This document shows positions 33,815 to 45,665 of a stretch of 64,000 nucleotides of DNA, piece after piece. The notes under the pieces are model-generated. The model made no database searches, had not been told where the DNA came from, and saw nothing but the letters and a program-made list of their open reading frames with translations. Source of the stretch: Podarcis bocagei (taxonomy: Eukaryota). Positions within the stretch are counted from its first letter, which is position 1, and the number at the start of each line of letters is the position of its first letter. The stretch lies in the NCBI GenBank assembly GCA_964188305.1, contig OZ076902.1. One strand, given 5' to 3'. The position numbers and the translations under genes were made by a program.

Positions 33815-36800
33815 CAGATGTACCTGTCCAAATGTTCCCTTTCCTTGAGGGGTGCCAAGGAAAGAAATAAACTCCCCCCCCCCCCCGGTCTATTCCACAT
33901 CCTGCTTTAAGAGCTGCTTCCAAAAATGCAGCAGGACTGACGACAGGGGCTGGCCCTGTGGGGATATTCAACAACTACTTTCCAAATTCTGAACCCCAAC
34001 AAGACACTCAAAGCCATCCTGAGCTCTCGCACAAAATGGGAGGGTATGGCTTTGGGTTTTCGGGGTTCTCAAGTCACAGGAACTAGACATATCAGCTCAA
34101 AGTAAAACAAACAAACAGCAGAACTCTCAACTTTTTGAATTAATTTTTATCCCTTCTGGTTAGAATGCCTTTAAGATTTGGGGGTGGGGAATAATCAACT
34201 AATGACAAATCAACTCATCAGGACCGAAACTGATTTTGGGGATTAGTGGGGCCTGTTTTGCTCCTCAGTCCAAAGGGTGTGTGCATCAATGCCACAATGC
34301 AAAAGGGTGTGTGTTTGTTTCTGGAGATGGTCTACTGCAGTTGCACAAAAGCAGCTTGGTACCTCACCCAATCTCTCCCTCCAAGGAAGAAAATGCTCCC
34401 TTCCCCACCCACTGGGGTTGGGAGGGGTGTCCAGAGAAAAGCCTTGGGAGTTCTTTTGACCCACCCCCCAACCCAATTCAAAACCCCCACCCCCAAAGTT
34501 CTCTTGGAAGCGGTGTGTGAGAAATGACACAAAGCAGTTCAAGTGGCTGAAATGTGGAGGGCAACTGCACTCTGGAGCTTGCTTGCGGCTGTGCCATCAT
34601 AGATCTTCTGAATGGGGGTTGACAAGTAAGGTAAAGCCCAAACGGAGGGAAGGGGGGGGGGCTTTAGGGCTGGAAAGCAAAGACTGCAGAGTCCCTTCTT
34701 CAGGCTGCAAAGTGGACTCTCCTGCTCCCAACAGAAGAGCTTTGTATATAGCCTAAGAACTCGGTACCCACAAAGGAGGGTCCAAAGCTCTGTACTTCAC
34801 TCTAGTTCCTATAGCTAAAAGATGCAGGGCACACCTCAGCCTGGCTTGTGAGAGTATGTGTTCAGGTACGTGTGTGAAAGATGAAAGAGAAGAGGAGAAG
34901 GAAGAGAGAAATAGTGTGTGCATGAAAGTATTGTGGATTTACAGACACTCCACTGTTACTCACATGGATTTATCCCAATGTCGCATTTCCAGTGCTCTTC
35001 ATAAAGCCAGTCCTTCAAACTCGCCCCGTACTCAAAGGCTTAAAGTGGGATGGTCTTTCGCCCAGGTTTACAGCTTCCCCCCTGCTAACCCTCTGAGTTT
35101 CTCCTGCTTTTTTCTTCTTTTAAAAAAACCTCATTAAACGTCCCTTTAACTTCGTTTGTTTGTTTTTGGTGATTTTGTGGCTGTTTGTTTAAACCATCAT
35201 GTTATAGACATTAAAAGATACATTTAGATGCTTAATCCCCCTTTAGAAATGCAACGCCAGCGAAGACGGTTATTAAGACATTTGGAATTTATCGGTTAAA
35301 AAAACTGTTTAGCACTTGGTTTGAGTTAAAAGCATGTTAGTGTTATTAGCTGGTTAATAAATTAAGATTTAAAGCGACCTCGTCCTTTCCGTTCGTTCCT
35401 TTCTTTTTGGTCTTGTTGCTGCTACGCTTCTTCCTTCCCCACGGAGTTTAAAGTGTTAAAGGTGCAGCTCTCGGTTTGGCACAGAGCAGGGGTCACTCCT
35501 TGCCCAACACACTTCCCGGGACCTTCACAAGCAGAGGCCGTGGCAAAGCTGGTGAGAAGAAGCAGCCCTGAAACTGGCGTGTGTGGGTGTGTGCATGGGG
35601 GGGGGGTCCTGATTCCAGCTGTGGAGCAGATCAAATGCACTGACCCCAAAAAGTGGGGCTGGGTAGACAGATGTGGCATCCACCAGGGGCTTTCAAGCAG
35701 GGCTGGCAACAGCTGTGCCAAGGCTAGCGAGCAACATGCCAAGAGGCCTGAAGAGACAGCAGATGCTGTGGCCCTCCAGATGCTGCCAGACTACAAATCC
35801 CACCACCCCTTTAGGGGAAGCGCCACAGTTCAGTGTCAGAACACCCACCCTGCATGCAGAAGGCACCAGGTTCAGTCCCCACTGGCAGCATCCCCAGGCA
35901 AGGATAATGCAGCTGCCAGTCAGTGTAGGCAATACTGAACTAGATGGACCAATGATCTGACTCAGTATAAGGCAGCTGCCTATGTACCTGGTCCTAATTA
36001 ACCCTTCCCTGTAAGGCGTCTGCTCCTCCTCCTCTGCACATGCTTATTGGCTTTGCACATTTTAAGGCCACAGGACTTCTCATGCTCCCTTTCAATGCAG
36101 AAATGGCAGCCCTAGAAACTGCTAGGCACTGGAGCGGCTGCTGCAGAGCACCTAAAAGGATCCTGGGGACCCTCTCCCAGTCCCTTGCAAGCACAACCAT
36201 GTGAATATAGGGAAAGTTGGCAGGAAGCCCAGATGAGTTTTTGGTCTTAACTCAGGGAGAATGCTTTGCATCTCAAGCCCAGGAGAGGACTCTCCATTTC
36301 CTGTCCTCCCAAGTCAAATCCTTGGTCCATCAAGTGGTGCCCCCTGATGTTGGACTACAATTCCCATCAGCCCCTGCCATCATGGTCAATGGTCAGGTAT
36401 GATGGAGGTTAAGAGTGCATTGACACTGGTCACTGCTGCCCTACCCTGACTGGTAACAGATTCCAGACAGGAGTATCACTTTACACGACCTAGGGATTGA
36501 ATCTGAGGCCTTCTGCAGGCATAGCAGGTGCTCTACCACTGAGTTACGGTCCTGAAGATGGGGAGGGAGGAGACGTAGGGACACCAAAACCTTCAGGCTT
36601 AAAGGGAGAACGAGGCATGACGAGAGGTAGGGCTGCTTGCTGTTGCCCCACCATTTCTCTCTCTCCCCACCCCATTCCCCTGGGACAACGCAGTGACAAC
36701 ATCCTGCCTTGCATCCTCCAGACTCCTCTGGCAGCAACCTCAGGTGAGGCAATGATGTCACAGCACAATGATGTCACAGCCTGGACAGTCATACTCAACG

Positions 36801-37739
36801 GGGTAAGGAAGAGAGGGGCACCAACGTTGACATCTCATGGAATGTCTCCAGTTCAACCCCAAGCCAGGCTCAGATTGAGCCCCCACCCTTTGGCTGGGAG
36901 GGTTCAGCCCTTGAATATGCAATGGGAACAAAGGTGGTGTCCCTGAGCATGTGCCACCCAGAAGCACCACTCCTGGCACATTGGGGATTCAAGGGAAAGG
37001 GTCCCAAAGCAGGCTACACCTTCTCAGAGGCCTTCTAAGGACAGTTATGCCCCACCCCTCATCTTACTCCCTCCCACCTTTAGAAGATCCATCCTCACCA
37101 CTCACCACAGCTCTCTGACCTTGTCACATCAGAAGAGCATGGCTGTAACTGGGTCAGGCCAAAGGGGCCCCCTCCTTCTAGCACTCTGTTCTTCTCAGAT
37201 GGCCCAAAGGGAAGTCTTTAAGCAGCAGCACTCCTCTGCCTGACTGGCACACAGACATGCTCCACCTCCAACAGGGGAGGTAGAACATCATCACATCATG
37301 CCCCCCCTTCTTACTATCCTTTATTCATTTTGCACAGCTCCCCACCCTCCCTAGTGCTGGAGTATCACCAAGACGATGCATAAGAGCTGTGGCACTTCCC
37401 TTGGTGCGAGGCACCACCCAGAAATATATGCAAGAGCTACGTGCAGTTAGAGACAATCTATCTACTGCCCATGGAGTCTCTTCCCAGATGTGGCAATGCG
37501 CAGCAGGAAGCCTGTGCCTTGGAATGAGGTGTGTGTTTGGGGAGAGGGACGGAGGGGGTCCCACCCTGTGCAATGAGCCCCAATTCCTTCTGAGAAATCC
37601 TACCCTGCCCCCATCTTCAGTCACCAGCCTTGAGCCATGGCCCTGCATGAAATATTCTGCTGGGGTGGGGGGCAGGAAGAGGAAGGGAGGAAGGAGAGTG
37701 AAGGACGGGTCAAGGGGCTGAGAGGGGAGAGGACTGCAC

Positions 37740-37810
37740 CTTTAAACCTTTATTTTTTGTGTTTTGCTTGCTTGCTTGTTAATTAACCGGAATTAATTAT
37801 TGTTAATTAC
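37740..37810 (-). promoter_or_regulatory. UWAA-rich STAR-protein (SLM2/T-STAR, SAM68 family) response element downstream of SS4
   Basis: Sense RNA GUAAUUAACAAUAAUUAAUUCCGGUUAAUUAAC directly after the SS4 donor; same position as the T-STAR element described for mammalian Nrxn2. Confidence 0.75.
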
Positions 37811-37900
37811 CTTTGTCGAGTAGCCACTCATCTACTACTCGACCGAGCCGATACGGAATTCTCTGTCTAGCAATCGCCAGCCGCTCATTATCACTGTTCC
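37811..37900 (-). CDS. NRXN2: NRXN2 alternatively spliced site 4 (SS4/AS4) cassette exon, 30 aa
   Basis: Exactly 90 nt, tttgaag|GG...AAAG|gtaatt; [30 protein letters not shown], the canonical SS4 insert; phase 1-1. Confidence 0.97.
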
Positions 37901-40684
37901 CTTCAAAGAGTTTAGAGAGAGATTTGCAGATGGTTAAAAGAAAAAGAAGGAAAAAAAGAGTAGAGAGAGAGACATAACACGCCATCTGGAAGGTCAAAGG
38001 TCAGAGGTTAGCACGTTTAGAGAGGTCAGACTAAGCTCAGGCAAACAGCAGGTTAAGCGCTGGCTCGAAATTAGCTGTTAGTTTTCCATTAGTTAGTTTG
38101 CTTTTTTGTTTTTGTTTTGAGGGGAAGCGGGGGTCAGTGGGGGTTTGGTTGGAGGTTTAGCGGTTTTAGCCAGCAACGGAGAAAGCTCTAGTTACACGGT
38201 TTAGTCAGGTTTAAGTGTTAGGATGAGTAGATGGAGGTTAGAAGGATTTATGCTGCACCAGGGAGGGAGAAAAGCCTCCCTGGGTGCATTATTTTTGTTT
38301 ATTAAATTCACTTTATTAGCAGACTTTAATCCCTAGTCACAAAATGGGAAGGGAGGGGAGGAAAGCATCACACAGTCAAACTCTCTTTAAAAAGTCCCTT
38401 TCCCAAACTCTCAGCCATTGTTCCCCCACCCCCACCTTATTTCTTCAGCCGCCACCCCCCACCCTGCCATTCCCTTCAAACCACTCCCTCCCCCCCCCAA
38501 GACCCAACAGCCCACAAATCTGCCCTGCATTTGTATCTGGACAAAGGCAAAGAAGTTCAGCCATCTGCATCGCAGAAGAATTTGGGTCAGGACCAGCTCT
38601 CTTTTTTCCTTTTCTTTCGCAGGACACTGATCAATGACTAATGAAGCCATATTGGATCCCATGATGTCACCTAGAAGGTGTGACACACCAGTGGGACTCT
38701 GCTGAGGAGGCACTTGGGCCTGGTCCTCGGAGCCTTCCCACTGCTCCCGAACGCCCTTTGCTATGTTTTTAGCAACACAAGGTTGGAATCACACACAATG
38801 CACCATTGAAATGCAAGTGGGGAACCTCCCTCAGCCGGGCAATATGGACACCCCCTTTTCAAATGCCCGCCCTCCATTTGCTGTCTTCCCATCATGAAAC
38901 AACACTTGTGAATCTTCCACTTCAGGCCAAAAGGTGCCTGGCAGGTTTCAAAGTTCTGGGGCTGGAGACAGGGATGACCCTAATACCTGTTGCTGGGAAT
39001 CGCAGGTGGGGAGAGCTCTGCCACTCAGGTCCTTTTGCTTAAAGGGGCTTCCCATTGGGGCACCTGGTTGGCCCATGATTCAGAGCTAGATGGGACCCCT
39101 TTGGCCTGATCCGGCAGGCTCTTCTGAAGTTCTTGTGCAACATCCAGCCTCAGAGGCAGTCTAGCTTCCTAGCTACTTAGAGTTTGGCCACTGTGAAAAC
39201 AGGGTGATGGGCTAAATAGGCCCCCTTTGATCCAGTCCAGCTGCAGGGCTCTTACATGTCACCACTGCTAAACCAAAGGGGATTTGGGAACTAGAGTGTC
39301 CAACAGAATACTTGAGAACATCACAAAACTATAGTTGCCTGGGGAATCTTTGCAGCAATCTTGCTGTGGAGTTTGGCAAATGCCCCACAACCGGAACTCC
39401 TTGACGCTTTGCAGGAAGCCAAGGAAGTGAAATGAGCTTCAGAAGTGTCCTGAGATGACTCCCAGTGGTCCTTCAGGCCCAAAGAAAACACATTTGAGAA
39501 GGACACAAACAGTTCTGTTAAAGAGGACATGAAGCCCCAACCTGAATGGCAGAGGCAAGGCTCTCAGCCTGACCTACCTGCTGGGGGTGGGAGCCTTTGC
39601 ACTACCCTGAGTATGAATGAGGAAAGGCATGCTAAAAGAGATGACAGCTTCTGGAAGAACTGGGTGCTTGGCATGTGCTTGACAACTGTTAAGTCTGTGG
39701 ATCAGGGGCACCCTAAAAGCTGGAAGCAAACTGTGGCAATTGTGATGGGTGCCACCTGCACCATCATCAGCCAACAGGATTCATTTCCCAAAGAAGAAAA
39801 CTGGAGACGATATGGCTGAGAAAGTCCAAAAAACAAGGGTGGATCCACTCAAGCCAGGGTGCAGGAAACTCTTCTCCAGCATCTGGAACCTTGGATGCAA
39901 TCATAATGCAGGGAATGTCTGAGCATGCACAGAGCGCCTTTCACTCAGCAGCACTGTGATAAACACAGCTGGTCTCCAGATGTCAGGGGCCGCAGATGCC
40001 CGGAGAGTGAGGCTGGCTCCTTTCCTTAAACTGAGTGTCATCAACCCAGCCTTTTGTCACTGTGCACAGATGCAGAGGAAAGTGGCTGTTGCAAGGAGGC
40101 AGGTGGCATCTCTCAGCGCCAGGTGGGAAATTGATCAACCATCAACTAGCATGGCAAAGGTAGCAGGGTCAAGGCAGCCATGTGGAGGCAGGCAACGTTC
40201 AGTGGGAACGGGGAGCAGGATGACTCTCGCAGAGGATCATCTGGCGGTGCTGGCTCTGCAACTTCTTGGCCTTGGTAAAAAGGGGCCAGCAAGACTGGTT
40301 CTCCTCTGTCTCTCAGTTTTCCAGATGGCAGAAAGTGCTCCCCACTGAGGCTACAACAGACTGCGCCCTTTGGGTGGGCCCAGGAGGATGCCCAGAGGAA
40401 AGGACAAGGTGTACAAGCTCTGGGACGGGGAGGGATCCTTTTGTTTCACTTCAGGGCTTCGGCCAAAATGTTGAAGCGGAACAGTAGGAGAATGGAGGAA
40501 CTGTTCAAGCAGGTAGCTTTAAGAAGTGGTTTGCTTTTTTTAAAGGGAAACAGCGTTTTTTTCCCACTGTCGTGAAATGTGGCAAGATGAGAGTCCCCCC
40601 CCCCCACCATTCAGTACCAGTGGCTGAGAATTTGACCCTGTTCCTCATCTTCATTTTGTAATCTAAAGTGTATATGAACACACT

Positions 40685-40743
40685 TTGCAGGGGGTTGGAG
40701 TAGATGACCCTTGGGGTCCCTTCCAACTCCACAGTTCTATGAT
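40685..40743 (+). mobile_element. CR1/SINE 3' tail fragment
   Basis: TTGCAGGGGGTTGGAGTAGATGACCCTTGGGGTCCCTTCCAACTCCACAGTTCTATGAT. Confidence 0.8.
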
Positions 40744-41781
40744 GTAAAACCAGTGAAGAATCTAAATAACTGAAGAGTGTTAGTAAACAAACAAAACTCC
40801 TTGGAACCATTTCAGAATGGGGGATTTTTAAGCCTCTGTGAATGCAAGGCTGGTTTTCCAAGGAGTGGGTGGATTTGCAATTGCTGGGTGTGTGTGTGTG
40901 GGGGGGGTGCTGCTCCACTGGGGCAGCGGCCCCTCCCCATTTTTGCTCCTCATTCCATTCTGCAATTCAGCCCCTAATTAGAGGCGGTCAGGGACTTTTC
41001 ATGCTCTCATTAGCTTCTGTATTAACGAGGCGATTAACATCTTTTAATTAAAAATACGCCATCCTCAGAAAGTGACCCGAGTCTCTAATCAGGATCCGGC
41101 TTGGGAGGGATTCTTGCTGCACAACCCTCGCTCCGTGAGCTGGACTGTGCGCTAAACACACGTCAAAGCCCCCTTGCCACCTCCCGCTGTATACCCATGG
41201 GAAGAGCAGAAGGGGGGAAAGCAACAACAACAAAATCCGCACACACCAAGAGGCTCTGCTGTAAGGAAGGGTGGTGTTGGTGAAAACAAAGCTGCAGACC
41301 AGGCAACAAAGACCCTTCAGTGCATTGTGGGTTATTTAAATGCTTGGCATGGCGTAATTCTGCACGTTTGTAGATGGAAGGTAAATGACCAGGCGCCAGC
41401 TTGCAACGCAAGGGGCCAGAAGCTAGCCAGTCTTGTCCCCCCCCCCACCCCTGGTATCCCAGCAAAAGCTTTGAACAGGGGCAGATCGCTTCAGCAGCTG
41501 GATCTTAGGATGTCAGGAGCTCCACCTCTGTCAAGGTGCTGGGTCTTGAGGAGGGGTCTGTGGAAATGGTGAGTTGCAGCACTGGGCATGAAGCAGGGAA
41601 GGGGAATAGAGGAACTGGACAATAACACACACACACACACCGGACACTTGGGTGTTTTAAGGGGAGAAGGCACATTGAGACTAAGCACTGCAGCTGGTTT
41701 GAAATGGATTCAATTGGCAGGGCCAGACCCTGTGTGTTGGCAGTTCTCTAATCTGGGGGTGGGGGGAGGCAGATCTAAAAG

Positions 41782-42013
41782 CCAGTGGTGGTGCAGGGGA
41801 TAGTGTGTCAGACAAGGACCTGGGAGGGAGCAGGGTTCAAATCCCAATTTGGCCACAAAGCTCAGTGGGTGACCTTGGGCTCACCACTCATCTTCAGCTT
41901 AACCTACTTCACAGGGTTGTTGTGGTGAATAAAGGAAGGGGAGAACCACGTGTGCCACACCTTGAGCTCCTTGGGAGAAAAAGGTGGGATAGAAATGAAA
42001 TAAACAAATAAAT
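41782..42013 (+). mobile_element. tRNA-derived MIR-like/CORE SINE
   Basis: A-box-like start, GGTTCAAATCCC B box, GGGTGACCTTGGGC...CTTCACAGGGTTGTTGTG core, A-rich tail (AAATAAACAAATAAAT). A related inverted copy lies near 16510-16640. Confidence 0.7.
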
Positions 42014-45000
42014 CTCTGGCTGATGTGCAGTAGAGACACAAGGGCTCCTGACTGTTTTAACAGAAAAGGCTTCTGCTCTCCTACCACCCACCCCAATTAC
42101 GCTGCTGAAATGAAAATTTGGAGTGGGGAATGACGGCATCCAGGAGCAGATTTTTGTGAAAAGGGACTGTAAGCTCCATTCTGATGCTGAAAATAAATTA
42201 TTAGGATGAAGACCTGCCCAGTTTCTGAATTTAAAGTAATTGGCTCCCCCTACCCTGGGTTACTACATTGCACCAGGCTCCTGCTGTTAGATCTTTTGGT
42301 TCTATTTAAAAAGCAAATCAGATCCCAGAAGACTGACATCTGCTTTCCTCTGCTCTAACGCCAGATGTGTGAAGACTGGTTGTAGTTATTCAAAAGGTAA
42401 ATGCACTCTGCAGGTACTCAGAGGCTGACATAAAAATCAGCATTCAGGATTGAGCCCCGTGGGTCACTCTTCTACAGCTGTCGAGTGGGGCTGAATTTCA
42501 CAGAAACGTTAAACCGCAGATCAGAAATTCAGATTTCTAACTAGCGTGCAGCACCTTCTGCATGAAAAGGGAGCTCAGAATCAACAGGAATATTTGGTGC
42601 CATCGCTTGATTTTGGAGCTCCTGAGTGCCACAGGATTTTCCTCCTAACGCTTTTAAGCGAATTGCCTCGGTGGTATTTTGTCAAGAGGGATTATTAGCT
42701 TCGTTTAAAAAGAGTCTCAAAATACCACCTGGATTTTGATAACAGTAATATTTATTTTAATTGGTTAATTAACCAATCAATCGTTTAAGGGCAAGGCAGT
42801 TAATCGACTGAGAGCCTTAAAAGCCATCCCCGGCCTTGGATGAGCTGTCTGTCATTAGGAGAGCGCAGGCGAAGTGGGTTTCTTTTATGTACAAGGAAGG
42901 AAGGAAAAAGCCAAACCGCTGAAGAGGAAAACCCTGGTGGCAGAGGAGAGAGGCAGCCAGGAAGAACAGGCAAAGAAAAAGGAGATACTGCTGCCACCTC
43001 CAGCAAATTTGGGGCAATAAAATAAAGAAAGCAAATGGCACACATATGTGCCCTCACCCTAGGGACTTCTGGAATGTGGCTAGCGGGTTCTGCCCTCTAC
43101 TTAATCCTACCTCTGTTTGGTTATGAACTCATGGGCCTCAGTTTCTATCATCTGTAAAATGGGGACAATATTTGAGAACAACAGCTTTATATATATATTT
43201 ATATGTATCTGAGTTCCTTTTGAGGGGAAAGCAGGAATGAATGTAGCTATCCCTTGCCCTCTCCACACTGTCTGGCGTGACAGTCTTCCTGGTCTCCTTT
43301 TGGAGGTTGCCCTGGAGTTTTCAAAGGCCCTGAAAAACCTGGGGAGCCTCTGTGAGTGGAGGAGGGCCCCTCATTCCAGACAGCTGCCCCTTAACTCATG
43401 GGCCCAAGCGTCCTTGCTCCCTTTTCCTGGATCAAGAAGCACCTGCAGAAGGCTAAGTGTACTCTTCCTAATGAAGATGAGAAGGCCAACTCCCAGGTGA
43501 ATGGGTGTATTTTGTTTTTAGGAGACTCTCACAAGAAACAGAAGGTTGAAACCTCATTCATGGAGAGTCCAAGGTACCCTGCTTAATCTTTTGAAATCAC
43601 GGTTAATTTAAATAATGGTTTCTATATTACATACACACACCTGGATCAAAACAGACAGAAAGAAAACCTGCAGCTTTTAAAAATGAATTTCCCCACCGAC
43701 CCTTTGCTTATTTTCCAAGAAAAGGAGCTATCAGAGACATGGGAATGCCCACTGAATGTGTTGTTTACAGCAAATAGGGCCTCCATGCCAGATTTAGTAC
43801 TTTTTCCTCCCTCAGAAGGCTGAACCTCATTCACTGGTTTGATTATTACCTGGTTTTTCACAAAACTGCAAAAAGATTCCCCCAAGGAAACCTCAGACAT
43901 TGATCCCGATTGTGTCCCTGAGTGGGGATTCTGTAACTCAACTGCTGGTTATTAAAGCCTGGGCTTCCTTTTCCAGTTTCTGCATCCCAAGACATGGGCC
44001 CCAGATCCTACCTCCTCCTATTGCACCCTACTTGCAACCAGAAATTCAAAGGTTTGGGACCCTCTCTTTTTAGATAATCCAAAGGACCCCACAGCAAACA
44101 CTCCGTAAGTAAAGCGCTATTAATTTTTAAAAACAGGTACGTTATCTTCAGCTGAGGTTCTTTATTGTTTTAAAAACAGGTTGCCTTTTCAACACTCTTC
44201 ATTCCGAAGCCATCGAGAAACAAGAATGGTAAAGCATTTGGGACATGGGGAAAAAGTGCCAAAAGGAGAGAGAGCTGGACTTCTATATTTAACTGGGGGA
44301 GGGAGAGTCATACAGCCCACCAACTCCAGAGCCCATGGACGCCTAGCAGCTGCCACTCCTGCTTTTCTTCCAGACAATGGCGGCAAAAGAGACCTGTGCC
44401 CGCTGCTTGGCATCTTCCAAGGTAACACAAGGTATGCCTGCGGAGAGCAAGTCCCGGGGAGAGGGAGTATAGGGCTTCTCCCCATTTGCCTCCTCTGAAG
44501 GCAGGGGGTGGGACCCTTCCTCCTCCATAAAGGGCTTCCAAGGATGGGGTTTGGGTTGTCTCTCTGGCTGGGTCCGAGTGAGCGGCAGAGAGAGCTGTCA
44601 GGCTCCTTGGCAGCCTTAAACTGTTGCGTTGGGTTTCTTAATGGCCTAGAGAGCCAAGTTGTCAGTCAGCGTGTCCACTGGCGCAGGCGGGTGAAGGTGT
44701 GCTTCTTGGGAGGACTGGTACCTCTCACTTGGTTCTCACCAAGTCTGCAGACTAACCAAAGTGCCCCATGGAGGCTGCAATCCTCTGGCAGAACAAAGAA
44801 TTCCACCAGGCTCAAAGTTCTGTAAGTTTCACCACCTCCCTTACTACTTCTGAGGGCTGACTTGCATGATGCCTTCTCATGCCCACAGGTTTGGATTCCT
44901 GAACGACGATATAAATGTTCTGCAAAGCAAGAGCCTCATGTGTCCTTTCCTCTTGAGAAAAAACTGGTCTTCTGGGCTTGATTCAAAAACGCAGGATGGC

Positions 45001-45494
45001 CACTTTGAAATGCAGCGTTGCAGAATCTACACGACAGTGCAAGAGGGCAGCTCCCAGGTTTTCACAGGGGAACAGCGAAGACAGTCCAGTGGCATTGTGT
45101 GGCCTCCAGGCTGAGTTAGCACCGGGCGAAAGGTGACCTCCATGTCGGAGAGTGTGGCCCTGAGCACCCAAGGGTGGAAAGCCAAAGCAGCTTAATAAGG
45201 GGTATTGCAGGAAGTGGCCCCAGATGGAAAGGAGGCCCCTAAAAAGCAGTGAGGGATGATGATCTGCCGAAAGCCCAACTGCAGCTTGTCTCAGGGTGCC
45301 TGTGGAGCCCAAGAAAGGCGTAGGTGCCAGCAACATCTGAGCTGCAGAGCTCCCTGCAATGGCTGTCAAAGCACAGGTGTGGGGGGAGTGCAAAGACCCA
45401 CAAAGTGTGTGCCTTGCTGCTTTCTCAAGACCTGTAACAGCTTCATGGCTACTTGTGCAGCGGACAGAGGATCCACAGCACAGTGGGGAGGAAG

Positions 45495-45665
45495 GGCCAG
45501 GGCTCAGTGGTCGAGGATCTGTTTTCCATGCAAAAGATCCCGGGTTCAGTCCCCAGCGGCATCTCCAGGTGTGGTTGGGAAAGCTTTCCCACCTGAAACC
45601 TGAGATTCTGCTGCCAGTCAGTGCTAGATGGACCCTTGGCCAGACTCAGTAGAACATAGCTTCTA
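45495..45665 (+). mobile_element. Degenerate squamate tRNA-derived SINE (Squam3-like), representative copy
   Basis: GCTCAGTGGTCGAGGATCTGTTTTCCATGCAAAAGATCCCGGGTTCAGTCCCCAGCGGCATCTCCAGG...CTGCTGCCAGTCAGTG. Similar copies near 6170-6300, 6650-6745, 11145-11280, 13850-13945, 16070-16165, 35845-35985, 36440-36550, 47430-47595, 49650-49745, 50820-50950. Family name from memory. Confidence 0.65.
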
